Assembly: GCA_001790525.1 (NCBI GenBank)
Contig: MGCU01000023.1
Location: 5,659-69,658, forward strand
Reading direction: 5' to 3'
DNA length: 64,000 bases
Source: Candidatus Saccharibacteria bacterium RIFCSPHIGHO2_12_FULL_47_16b
GTDB lineage: Bacteria > Patescibacteriota > Saccharimonadia > Saccharimonadales > UBA10212
The notes below the pieces were generated by a model. That model made no database searches and was not told where the DNA came from. It saw only the letters and a program-made list of their open reading frames with translations. Positions 1 to 9,184 of this stretch are shown here, in pieces. Each line of letters opens with the position of its first letter. Positions within the stretch are counted from its first letter, which is position 1. A program made the position numbers and the translations under genes.

Positions 1-121
1 TGGTCGCCTCCTTAATTGGCTCCTTACTGCGGTTATGGGCAATGACTTGATGGTTGTCCTCGGCCAGCTTTTGGGTAATTTGGGTGCCCATTCGACCAAG
101 ACCAGCTATAGCTATCTTCAC
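1..121 (-). CDS. gnd: 6-phosphogluconate dehydrogenase-like NAD-binding protein, N-terminal fragment (continues past window edge)
   Basis: rc of 1-121 translates VKIAIAGLGRMGTQITQKLAEDNHQVIAHNRSKEP (Rossmann GxGxxG, 6PGDH-type N-terminus). GTG start at 119-121 with GGAGG 5 nt upstream. Adjacent to pgl. Confidence 0.5.
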   Translation of the reverse strand, partial: MKIAIAGLGRMGTQITQKLAEDNHQVIAHNRSKEPIKEAT

Positions 122-284
122 GACACGCCTCCTAGCGTCGGCTTAAATTCTAAGTTCGAATTTCTAATTTCTAAACAATTATCAAATTCTAAGCACCAAA
201 TTCTAAATATTTGGGAATTAGAACTTAGATATTCGGATTTGTTTAGGATTTCGATATTAGATATTAGAAATTGGAGTAATGTAA

Positions 285-956
285 TCACGACGGCTCCCCT
301 CTGTAATCATTATATATGGTTAGTTTTTTGGCTGTCTTTAAGACTTGGGCTGGTTGTTTGTTTGGAGGGATGTCTTCATCGACAATTTGATCAATCAGCG
401 ACCATTTCTCTCGGCCAACCATATAGACGACTGCTTCATCCAAGTTAGTAAGCGAGCCAAGGGTCATAGTTATGCGTTGGAAATCCGCGGCCTGATAGCC
501 AACTACCAACTCTTGTGAATCAATGCCGATACTGCCGGGCATAACACCCAGCGTGTGTCCATCGGCGCCAATGCCAATGCAGGCAATTTTAAAATCGCAG
601 CTGGCAAATTCTTGCTTTAAGTACGCCGCAAAATCGGCAGTGGTTGAAGCGAAATCCTTATTTTCTAAGACCGGACGAAACTTGGCGCCGCTTAAGCTGA
701 AACCGGCATTGACTAATTTCTGCCAGTTAGAATCTGGATGTCCAATCGGCCCAAAACGCTCATCGGTTAAGCTGACAGTTAAATTCTGGACGTTTTGGCT
801 TTGGAGTCTTTTGGCTGTCTCAATTTGAATCGGCGTCAAAGAACCACCAGATAGTAGCCATAAAACCTTTGCACCGGCCGTCAATCTTTTAGCAATGGCC
901 TCATTTAAATAATCGACGACTACTTCACTACTGCCAATCTTTTGGAAACTGATCAC
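285..956 (-). CDS. pgl: 6-phosphogluconolactonase (NagB/Pgl family)
   Basis: Motifs LLSGGSLTP and GIGADGHTLG typical of 6PGL/glucosamine-6-P isomerase fold. Next to a gnd-like gene. Confidence 0.6.
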   Translation of the reverse strand: MISFQKIGSSEVVVDYLNEAIAKRLTAGAKVLWLLSGGSLTPIQIETAKRLQSQNVQNLTVSLTDERFGPIGHPDSNWQKLVNAGFSLSGAKFRPVLENKDFASTTADFAAYLKQEFASCDFKIACIGIGADGHTLGVMPGSIGIDSQELVVGYQAADFQRITMTLGSLTNLDEAVVYMVGREKWSLIDQIVDEDIPPNKQPAQVLKTAKKLTIYNDYRGEPS

Positions 957-1299
957 TTGCCTCGATTATACAGAAGTCACGTATTCCATGTGCTTGCATT
1001 TGAGTGCAGCGCAAATCTTTTTAAGACTTATCATATTTGGGTGCGGTACAAGGAAGAAGCGAGCAACGAACTGAGATGTATACAGATATACTTTGAAGGA
1101 GTAGCGTAGCTTCTGACGATGTAATGCGTCAAAGATGTAAGTCGTCTGGAAATGAAAAGGCGCCCTTGTTTAAGGGGCGTCTTTTCTACAGTTTGGCTAC
1201 CGAAGTAGTTACGCTGTAGCCACCTCACGATGGCACATTACAATTTACGCCCAGTCGAAATAGCAGTCAATAACTTCTGCTGTGTATAAATGTTGTAGT

Positions 1300-1899
1300 T
1301 TATGCCTGGTTGTCAGCAAGAAACTTTTTAACCTTATCAAGTACCTTATGTGTAATAGCTTTTTCGGCCAGCAAAACATCAAGGGCTTCTCCCAAGGTAA
1401 AGACGGCATACAAGTTGTAGCCTCTTTCAGCCAGATTTTTTTTGGCTCCCTGCTCACGATCTAATAGAACTACAACGTCATTAACTTTCAATCCTTCTGA
1501 TTCAAACGGCTGAATAACCTCAAACTTGGAAGCGCCAGTCGTAACCATGTCATCTATCAAAACCACTGTTTCCCCAGGCTTATACTCTCCTTCGATTGGT
1601 TTCTTGATGCCGTGATCTTTGATCTCTTTGCGGGTGTAAATCCATGGTCGGTTGCTTACGAGCGATATGGCAGCCGTAATCGGCAGCGCGGTATATGGCA
1701 CAGCTCCCATCCTATCGAATTTCAATTTTGCCAAAATATCGCTATAGACCTTGGCTACTTTGCGCATAGTTGCCGGATAAGAAACTAGAACTCGTAAATC
1801 AATATAAATTGGTGAAACCAACCCGCTCTTAAGCGTGAACTGGCCAAACTTTATGACGCCGATGGAATTAAGCTCAATGATTAAATCTTTATGCTCCAT
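1300..1899 (-). CDS. pyrE: orotate phosphoribosyltransferase
   Basis: PRTase motif [13 protein letters not shown]. Overlaps pyrF by 11 nt. Confidence 0.85.
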   Translation of the reverse strand: MEHKDLIIELNSIGVIKFGQFTLKSGLVSPIYIDLRVLVSYPATMRKVAKVYSDILAKLKFDRMGAVPYTALPITAAISLVSNRPWIYTRKEIKDHGIKKPIEGEYKPGETVVLIDDMVTTGASKFEVIQPFESEGLKVNDVVVLLDREQGAKKNLAERGYNLYAVFTLGEALDVLLAEKAITHKVLDKVKKFLADNQA

Positions 1900-2629
1900 T
1901 GATTACTCCCTTGATGTCATCAATAATTTTAGCGAAAGCGGTTGCCGGGTCGCTAGCTTGAGTGATCTCTCGGCCGATGACCAGTAAATCAGCACCGGCG
2001 GCAATTGTTTCGGCTGGCGTAGCGACCCTGGCCTGATCAACCGTTTGAACACGGGTCGAACGTGCGCCAGGGATCATGGTCAAGAGGTTCTTGGTCTTTT
2101 CGTTTTGTTTGATCATACTAACTTCCTGTGGTGAAGCGACAATGCCGGCTAAGCCGGCCGTCGCCGCTGACTGCGCCAGTTCCAATACTTTTTCTTTAGC
2201 CGTGGAGCCATAAATACGCTGACACTCTTCATCACTTAGAGATGTTAAAACAGTGACTCCAAATATCTTAACTTGCCCGGCTTTGGCTTGGGCTCCTAGC
2301 ATGGCTTGATGACCGGCTGTGGTGTGAATTGTAATAGCATATGGTGAGTGGGTCAGTTTAACTAAACTGGCCACGCTGGCTGAAGTTGTATTTGGAATAT
2401 CATCCAATTTGGCATCTGCCACCCAGTCTAATTGATGCTTTTTGGCTAGCTTGGCGCACCATTGCCAGCTCTTGGCCGTGGCTAGCTGTAAACCGAACTT
2501 GATATAGATTGCTCCTGCTGATTTGGCCAACTCGGCAAGTTTTTCAGCCTCTGCTGCATTGGCAGTATCAATCGCCAATATAATTCTATTGGCCACCTCG
2601 TGCTTACTTTGAAAAGTCGGCATTGTCAC
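1889..2629 (-). CDS. pyrF: orotidine 5'-phosphate decarboxylase
   Basis: ILAIDT...K..D.PNT family signature. Pyrimidine gene context. Confidence 0.8.
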   Translation of the reverse strand: MTMPTFQSKHEVANRIILAIDTANAAEAEKLAELAKSAGAIYIKFGLQLATAKSWQWCAKLAKKHQLDWVADAKLDDIPNTTSASVASLVKLTHSPYAITIHTTAGHQAMLGAQAKAGQVKIFGVTVLTSLSDEECQRIYGSTAKEKVLELAQSAATAGLAGIVASPQEVSMIKQNEKTKNLLTMIPGARSTRVQTVDQARVATPAETIAAGADLLVIGREITQASDPATAFAKIIDDIKGVINGA

Positions 2630-2647
2630 TTAGTATAGTAAGAAGTT

Positions 2648-3745
2648 ATGGGAAAAACCACTACCGCGCTCAAAGCCTTCTACGATCCGACTAAGACCTA
2701 TGACGATAATTTCGATGATGGCCCAACCTTAGTTTCTTCCGACGATAAACCCTTTCAAAATCTTGGTGAACCAAAATTTACTTTCCTTGGCAAGAAGCTA
2801 TATTCACCTTTTGGTATTCCAGCTGGACCAATTCTGAACAGCAAATATGTCAAGTATGCTTTTGAGCGCGGCTTTGATGTGGTTACATACAAAACTCAAC
2901 GAAGTGTAGAATTTAACGTTAACCAATTTCCCAACGTCCTTTATGTTGATATAGATGGCGATCTAACTTTAGATAAAACCTCAAAACCGTTACTTGGCTC
3001 GACCAAAACGAATAAACCATCTAACAAATTTTCTATTACCAATTCATTCGGTAATCCCTCCCGTGGTCCGGCCTTTTGGGTAGCCGACACTAAAAAAGCC
3101 CACAGTTATCAAGGCAAGGGCCAACTGCTAGTGTCAAGCGCCGTCGGCACTATTAATGAAGGCTTCACTAACGAAGATTATTATGAAGATTTTGCGCTGA
3201 CAGCTGGACTAGCTAAATCATCTGGCGTTGAAGCCATCGAAATTAACCTGTCCTGCCCCAACGTTGCCAATGAAGGAATTTTGTGCTACACGCAGAAGGC
3301 TGTGGTTGACATTGTCCGCCGGGTCAAAGACCGAATTGGCAATAAGCCATTAATTGTCAAAGTTGGCTATTACACGCCCGAGCAGCAGTCATTATTAGAG
3401 AATATTATGAAGGAAATAGCTCCTTACATTGCTGCCATCTCGGCAATCAATACTATCCCCGCTCCGGTTGTAGATAAAAATGGTAAACAAGCTCTACCCG
3501 GTCCAAACCGCTTAGTCAGCGGCATTTGCGGGGTGGCTATTAAATGGGCTGGACTGGATATGGTCAAACGTTTGAATGAACTTCGCCGTAAAACAAAAGC
3601 AGAGTTCGAGATTGTCGGCGTTGGTGGTGTAATGACTCCGGACGATTTTTGGCAGTACCGTAGAGCTGGTGCGGATAACGTTCAGTCGGCCACTGGCGCC
3701 ATGTGGAATCCAAAGCTGGCAGCCAAGATAAAAGCTACACTTTAG
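2648..3745 (+). CDS. pyrD: dihydroorotate dehydrogenase
   Basis: EINLSCPN active-site signature. Divergent from pyrF. Confidence 0.8.
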   Translation: MGKTTTALKAFYDPTKTYDDNFDDGPTLVSSDDKPFQNLGEPKFTFLGKKLYSPFGIPAGPILNSKYVKYAFERGFDVVTYKTQRSVEFNVNQFPNVLYVDIDGDLTLDKTSKPLLGSTKTNKPSNKFSITNSFGNPSRGPAFWVADTKKAHSYQGKGQLLVSSAVGTINEGFTNEDYYEDFALTAGLAKSSGVEAIEINLSCPNVANEGILCYTQKAVVDIVRRVKDRIGNKPLIVKVGYYTPEQQSLLENIMKEIAPYIAAISAINTIPAPVVDKNGKQALPGPNRLVSGICGVAIKWAGLDMVKRLNELRRKTKAEFEIVGVGGVMTPDDFWQYRRAGADNVQSATGAMWNPKLAAKIKATL

Positions 3746-3790
3746 AAAAATTGTTGTTTGATAAAAATCAAACTGTTACACTACTGCTAG

Positions 3791-4777
3791 ATGGGAGCAT
3801 CATCAGCCTTAACTATACCTGCTCATAAAAAGGAGCTGCACATAATAAGTGGCTCTAGCCATCGTGAATTGGCCGGAATGGTCGCCAAGAAACTCGGTAC
3901 TGAATTAAGTCAGGTTGAACTTACCCACTTTGCCAACGGCGAAATCATGTGCAAACTAGAAGAGTCGGTCCGCGGGGCCGACGTTTTTGTTTTTCAAAGC
4001 CATTTTAATCCGGTTAATGATGCCATCATTGAGCAAGCGATTATTATCGATGCCTGCAAACGGGCCTCAGCGGCTCGCATTACGGCCGTTTGTCCACTAT
4101 TTGGCTATGCTCGGCAAGACCGTAAATCTTCGGGACGCGAACCGATTGCCGCTAGATTGATGATTGATATATTAGCCACAGCCGGCGCCAACCGCATCGT
4201 TAGTCTTAATTTACATAGCGGCCAAATCCAAGGTTTTTTCAGCGGACCGTTTGATCACTTGACTGCACTACCGGCCCTAGCCGAACATCTAAAATCAAAG
4301 TTTGGTACCGATTTTGTCATCGTCTCGCCTGACACAGGCAGGGTTAAAATGGCCGAACGCTATGCTACCTATCTTGGAACTGATTTAGCAATTGTCCATA
4401 AACGCCGGGTTGGTAAAAACGTGGCAGAGGCACTAGATGTAATTGGCGATGTTAAAGGTAAGAACTGTGTGATTATTGATGACATGATTGATACGGCCGG
4501 GACGATGTGTGCCGCTGCTGAACAGCTTAAAAAACACGGTGCCGCCAAAATTTCGGCTGTTTCGTCTCATGGGCTATTTTCGCCGCCAGCTAAAGAAAGG
4601 CTAGATAATTCGCCGATTAACTTTATTATCGTAACCGACACTGTTCCGCAGACACTTAAATTCAAGAATGCCAAGCTGGAAGTCGTGACTGTATCAGATT
4701 TATTAGCCTCGGCCGTTAAAGCCATCTTTGAGGATAGTTCGGTTTCTGCCATCTTCGGCGGCCTTAACCAGATATAG
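3791..4777 (+). CDS. prs: ribose-phosphate pyrophosphokinase
   Basis: Prs N-domain HFANGEI and PRPP-binding loop IIDDMIDTAGT. Confidence 0.85.
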   Translation: MGASSALTIPAHKKELHIISGSSHRELAGMVAKKLGTELSQVELTHFANGEIMCKLEESVRGADVFVFQSHFNPVNDAIIEQAIIIDACKRASAARITAVCPLFGYARQDRKSSGREPIAARLMIDILATAGANRIVSLNLHSGQIQGFFSGPFDHLTALPALAEHLKSKFGTDFVIVSPDTGRVKMAERYATYLGTDLAIVHKRRVGKNVAEALDVIGDVKGKNCVIIDDMIDTAGTMCAAAEQLKKHGAAKISAVSSHGLFSPPAKERLDNSPINFIIVTDTVPQTLKFKNAKLEVVTVSDLLASAVKAIFEDSSVSAIFGGLNQI

Positions 4778-4890
4778 AAATTGAAGGACAACCTGCGGTT
4801 TTCCTTCAACGCGCCTTTTGGAATGAATTCAAATTCGGCTAATGCCGAACCGGCGCTACTACCTTTCCCTTTTTAAGCTACACTAGGAAT

Positions 4891-5271
4891 ATGAAGTTAC
4901 CGACAAAGATTGGCGGGATGACTGCTCGGTTTGATGGTCGGGGGCGCAGCCTTGGCTATCCAACGGCCAATCTTAGGAAAACAAATGTTTCGGTCGACGA
5001 TGGCGTTTATTTTGGTTTTGCCACGCTTGGCAAATTTAAAAGTGAACCAGCTCTAATTTTTATTGGTGCGCCGGAAACTTTTGGTAAAAACGAACGTCGA
5101 GTCGAAACCTATCTTTTGGATATACCGGATGAGGATCATTATGACCAAAAATTAATGTTAAGTTTGGAAAAGTTCTGGCGGCCGTCTAAAAAATTTACAT
5201 CAATCAACGAATTAAAACACGCTATGCGCGACGATGAACTGGCCGCGCGCAAGTGGTTTGTCAATCACTGA
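4891..5271 (+). CDS. riboflavin kinase domain protein (RibF C-terminal-like)
   Basis: GRGRSLGYPTANL matches the riboflavin-kinase GxGRGxxLGFPTAN motif. Standalone 126-aa ORF. Confidence 0.55.
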   Translation: MKLPTKIGGMTARFDGRGRSLGYPTANLRKTNVSVDDGVYFGFATLGKFKSEPALIFIGAPETFGKNERRVETYLLDIPDEDHYDQKLMLSLEKFWRPSKKFTSINELKHAMRDDELAARKWFVNH

Positions 5272-5430
5272 TGGCTGGGGAGGAGGGATTTTCGACCCAC
5301 AAATATTTTTCCTGACGGAAAAATTTCGCGGGCCCACCTCGCCGCCGTTGCGGCTGCGGTTTCCGGACTGCCACTGGCAGTTCTCACCCCGAATGCCGGG
5401 ACACCAGCACTAAAAATTATTCTATTTATT

Positions 5431-5504
5431 TGGCTTCGGGACTTGGACTCGAACCAAGATTGCTGGGACCAAAACCCAGTGTCCTACCATTAGACGATCC
5501 CGAA
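5431..5504 (-). tRNA. tRNA-Gln (anticodon UUG)
   Basis: Hand-folded cloverleaf: acceptor TTCGGGA/TCCCGAA, anticodon loop TTTTGGT, T-arm CTTGG-TTCGAGT-CCAAG, discriminator G plus encoded CCA. Confidence 0.75.
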
Positions 5505-5546
5505 TTATTTTAATGCTGGGCAAGCAAAACCCTGTGCCTTATTTTA

Positions 5547-5613
5547 CCCCGCTTATTTTCGTGAGTAGAATAGTCTGCAACCAGATTATGGAACTTCTAA
5601 AAAATGTGCGGGG
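5547..5613. repeat. ~70-nt hairpin mini-element, copy 1 (CCCCGC...GAGTAGAATAGTCTGCAACCAGATTATGGAACTTC...GCGGGG)
   Basis: Shares a GAGTAG(T)CTGCAA(T/C)CAGATTATGGA(G/A)CTTC core and GC-rich inverted termini with copies at 43044-43111 and 44140-44208. Confidence 0.5.
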
Positions 5614-5698
5614 CCGCTTGGCTACTCCCCACCGAAGCTTTGTTATTGTAACACCTTTAACGGTTAAGTTTTACAGATGAATCTAAAGTAATTATAAT

Positions 5699-6652
5699 TT
5701 GTTGATAGGAATGACAAAAGCCGAGAAAAAACCGGCTGATTATATTCAGCCGCTATATATCAATGGACTTCATGGCCGCCTGCTTCGCTTGCCACCACCC
5801 AAAGGCAAGAAGCGGGAGATTATGTATATTTACGGTCATCACTCCAGCATTGAGCGTAACTTTGGCTTGGCTTTATATTTGAACCGTTATGGCGGTGTGA
5901 CGGCGCCAGATCTACCCGGTTTTGGCGGTATGGATCCTTTTTATAAGATCGGTGAAAAGCCGACGCTTGATAACCTGGCGGATTATTTAGCCAGTGTGAT
6001 TAAGCTACGCTACCGTGGCCAGCGATTTAGCCTAACGGGCTTGAGTCTCGGCTTTACTATCATTACCAGGATGTTGCAAAAATATCCTCAAATTGCCAAA
6101 CAGATAGATTACTTGGTTAGTTTTGCTGGCTTTGCTCACAAGGACGATTTCAAGTACAAGCCCCGCACTTATTGGTTCTTCCGCGGTCTAACTTGGCTAT
6201 GCTCGCATCGTCTACCGGCAGCGTTTGTAAAATACTTTATCTTGCGCGGGCCGCTGATTCGTTTGGCCTACGCCGTTCTTGAACCACTATTTGTCAAAGA
6301 AACCAACACCAAAGTACGTGGTGTTGATGAGATGGAGCGAAAAAAACGAATCGATTTTGAGGTTTATCTTTGGAAGTGCAATGACCCGCGGACTTATATA
6401 TCTGTTGCGCACACTATGTTGATGTTAGATCTGTCTGGCCAGCATATTGATAAAAAGGTTTACCATGAGGCAATCGACACCGATAGATATTTTGATAATG
6501 TCAGGGTCGAACAGCATATGCGAGCTATCTATAAGGACTTTCACTTGGTTAAAGCCGGGATGCCGGCTCATGCGCCGTCGATAATCGCTACCGCCGAAGA
6601 GGCAGCACCATTCGTTCCATCACATATAAGACGGTTGTTAAGCAAGGATTAA
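5699..6652 (+). CDS. alpha/beta hydrolase fold protein
   Basis: HGxxS-like GHHSS and nucleophile elbow LTGLSLG (GxSxG). Confidence 0.55.
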   Translation: MLIGMTKAEKKPADYIQPLYINGLHGRLLRLPPPKGKKREIMYIYGHHSSIERNFGLALYLNRYGGVTAPDLPGFGGMDPFYKIGEKPTLDNLADYLASVIKLRYRGQRFSLTGLSLGFTIITRMLQKYPQIAKQIDYLVSFAGFAHKDDFKYKPRTYWFFRGLTWLCSHRLPAAFVKYFILRGPLIRLAYAVLEPLFVKETNTKVRGVDEMERKKRIDFEVYLWKCNDPRTYISVAHTMLMLDLSGQHIDKKVYHEAIDTDRYFDNVRVEQHMRAIYKDFHLVKAGMPAHAPSIIATAEEAAPFVPSHIRRLLSKD

Positions 6653-6661
6653 AGTATACTA

Positions 6662-6831
6662 GACATGAACAGGTTCATGCATTTACAATTTACCATTTAC
6701 CATTTATCATTAATTTCCCATTTGTCATTTACCAAACAAACTGCAACTGATATCTGTAAATTGCTAAATGATAAATCATTGAGAATTGAAAAATGTGAAT
6801 TGATAATTGCGCCGACACAAGGAGGCGCGGT
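6662..6831 (+). repeat. Dispersed intergenic module (family 2), forward orientation, upstream of the glycosyltransferase gene
   Basis: TTTACCATTTACCATTTATCATTAATTTCCCATTTGTCATTTACCAAACAAACTGCA...TGTGAATTGATAATTG...GGAGGCG is near-identical to the rc of the rpsH-rplF spacer (43013-43241). Confidence 0.7.
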
Positions 6832-8079
6832 GTGAAGATCGGGTTGGTCTGTCCCTATAATATGTTCGATAGAACTGGCGGTGTCCAACAGGTTGTCCAG
6901 CACCTCCACGATGGTCTGACCAAAAAAGGTCACATCGTCAAAATTATTACCCCAAAGCCACCGGGCTTTAAAAATGAGGCGCCAGATGACTACATTATTT
7001 TAGGCTCAACCACCAATTTTACAGCCGGTTTTGGTGCCGCCGGCAACTGGGGCTTGCCTACCGATAGTAAGGAAATGGCCCAAATTTTAAAAAAAGAAAA
7101 ATTCGACGTTATTAACTTCCATGAACCCTGGGCACCGTTACTGGCCTGGCAAATGATCAGACAAACTAAAGCGGCCTTTGTGGGCACCTTTCATGCCAAC
7201 TTATTCGATAGGCCGTCAACCTCTTCCTGGGTTAATGTGTTTACACCTTACGCTCGGAATTTGGGCAAGCGTTTGCACGTTATAACCGCTGTCTCACCGG
7301 CGCCAGCTGCCCTAATGATTCAAAAAGCTCAAACTAGTTTTGAGAAAAGAATGGTTGCCGATATTAAGTACATTCCTAACGGTGTTGACCTTAATATTTA
7401 TAAACCATTCAAAAAACGCCTGCCGCTTAACGGCCCAGACACTAAAACTGTTCTTTATGTTGGCCGGCTAGACAGGCGAAAAAATGTTGAAGCTTTAATA
7501 AGAGCCTTTGCTTTAGTTGAGGCTAAAATGCCCAAGGCCTACTTAAATATCGCTGGTGAAGGTTCCAGGCGCGGTAGTCTGGATCAACTGGCTAAAACTT
7601 TAGGCATTAAAAACATTCATTTTAGCGGTTATGTTAACGAAGACGAAAAGCGACGTTTAATGGGTAATGCTGACGTTTTTTGTAGCCCCGCGATCGTTGG
7701 TGAAAGTTTTGGCATAGTCTTGATTGAAGCCATGGCAATGGGTTGTCCGGTAGTGGCTGGTAGAAATTCCGGCTACATTCATGTTTTGACCAATACCGGT
7801 AGAGTCGGCCTAGTTGATCCTAAAGCGACCGAGGACTTTGCCGAACGTTTGATGGTTATAATAAGCGACGGCAAACTAAGTAGTACGCTTCGGGCCTGGG
7901 GCTTAGCCGAAGTTAAAAAGTTTGATTACACCAAAATAATTGATCAATATGAAAAGACCTATATGGAGGCTTATATCAAGTGGCGGATAGAGCAGCATCT
8001 TAACGGTGTTAATAGCAAGAATGCAAAGAAATTCTGGAAAACTAAGCGTCGCTTTCCTTTACGACGATTCTTTAGATAG
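6832..8079 (+). CDS. GT4-family glycosyltransferase
   Basis: GT-B/GT4 architecture. EX7E-like region GESFGIVLIEAMAMGCPVV. N-terminal GGVQQVV. Confidence 0.75.
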   Translation: MKIGLVCPYNMFDRTGGVQQVVQHLHDGLTKKGHIVKIITPKPPGFKNEAPDDYIILGSTTNFTAGFGAAGNWGLPTDSKEMAQILKKEKFDVINFHEPWAPLLAWQMIRQTKAAFVGTFHANLFDRPSTSSWVNVFTPYARNLGKRLHVITAVSPAPAALMIQKAQTSFEKRMVADIKYIPNGVDLNIYKPFKKRLPLNGPDTKTVLYVGRLDRRKNVEALIRAFALVEAKMPKAYLNIAGEGSRRGSLDQLAKTLGIKNIHFSGYVNEDEKRRLMGNADVFCSPAIVGESFGIVLIEAMAMGCPVVAGRNSGYIHVLTNTGRVGLVDPKATEDFAERLMVIISDGKLSSTLRAWGLAEVKKFDYTKIIDQYEKTYMEAYIKWRIEQHLNGVNSKNAKKFWKTKRRFPLRRFFR

Positions 8080-9184
8080 GCCCGATGGCGTCTCACAATA
8101 CGTCAGGACGTTGGGGGCTTGGCTAGCTAAAGGCGGCCATAAAGTTACCTATTTAGTCGGTCAATCAAAACTGCCATCATACGCTGGCGGCAAGGTCTAT
8201 TCCTTAAGCAAAAATCTACCCGTTAGTTGGGGCGGTAGTCGCTTATCAATTTCAGTTTTTCCAAAATTGAAGGCCATAAAAAAAATTCTCGATCAAGAAG
8301 ATTTTGATGTAATTCATGTCCAATTTCCTTACTCGCCTTTTATGGCAAAGTTGGTAATTAATGCTGCCAAACCGCAAACGGCAATTGTCGGCACGGTTCA
8401 TATATATCCTGCCAACCGACTGGCAGTGGATGGCTCGCGAGCCTTAAAGATAATTTATGGCAAAAGTCTTAAGCGGATTGATAAAGTAATTAGCGTTAGC
8501 CGGGCTGCAGCCAACTATGCTGATGATGTTTTCAAGCTGCAGACTGATATTTTACCGAACGTGGTTGATCTAGCAAAATATCAATCCACCGCAATGGTCA
8601 GCCAACAACAATCTAAACACATTGTTTTTTTAGGCAGGCTGGTTAAACGTAAAGGCTGCCAACAGCTACTAGAGGCCTTTCGATTACTTTTGAAAAAAGA
8701 TGCCGATGTGCACTTGAGCATTGGCGGCCAGGGTCCGTTGCGAACTAAACTCGAGCGCTACGCTAAAAACTATGGTCTTGAAAACAATGTTAAATTCTTG
8801 GGTTTTGTGCCTGAAGAAGCTAAGCCGTCTCTACTGGCTAGTGCGGCCATTGCCTGCTTCCCTTCTCTTTATGGCGAATGTTTCGGGATTGTCTTAATTG
8901 AGGCCATGGCGGCTGGTAGCGGCGTAGTTATCGGCGGTGATAATGAAGGCTATCGCAGCGTGCTTGGAAGCCGACCGAGCCTGTTAGTCAATCCTAGGGA
9001 ACCTCAAGACTTTGCCGACAGATTGTATCAGCTATTAAACAATAGCGCTTTAGCCAAAAAACTACATCAGTGGCAACAAGCAGAAATTAATCAATACGAC
9101 GTTGCAGTAGTTGGTCCAAAGCTAGTGGAACTTTATAAAGAGACAATTGCCAAGCGCCGCTCAAGCATGCATAATTTAGGTTAA
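8006..9184 (+). CDS. GT4-family glycosyltransferase (second tandem copy; 5' end overlaps the previous gene by 74 nt)
   Basis: GECFGIVLIEAMAAGSGVV and N-terminal DGVSQYV...KGGHKV. Paralogous to the upstream glycosyltransferase. Confidence 0.7.
   Translation: MLIARMQRNSGKLSVAFLYDDSLDRPDGVSQYVRTLGAWLAKGGHKVTYLVGQSKLPSYAGGKVYSLSKNLPVSWGGSRLSISVFPKLKAIKKILDQEDFDVIHVQFPYSPFMAKLVINAAKPQTAIVGTVHIYPANRLAVDGSRALKIIYGKSLKRIDKVISVSRAAANYADDVFKLQTDILPNVVDLAKYQSTAMVSQQQSKHIVFLGRLVKRKGCQQLLEAFRLLLKKDADVHLSIGGQGPLRTKLERYAKNYGLENNVKFLGFVPEEAKPSLLASAAIACFPSLYGECFGIVLIEAMAAGSGVVIGGDNEGYRSVLGSRPSLLVNPREPQDFADRLYQLLNNSALAKKLHQWQQAEINQYDVAVVGPKLVELYKETIAKRRSSMHNLG

Noticed and set aside
35-828. Plus-strand ORFs 35-448 and 523-828
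   Set aside because: Antisense to and overlapping the pgl gene and the low-complexity ttctaa repeat spacer. The composition is serine/leucine-rich and typical of antisense frames. No RBS.
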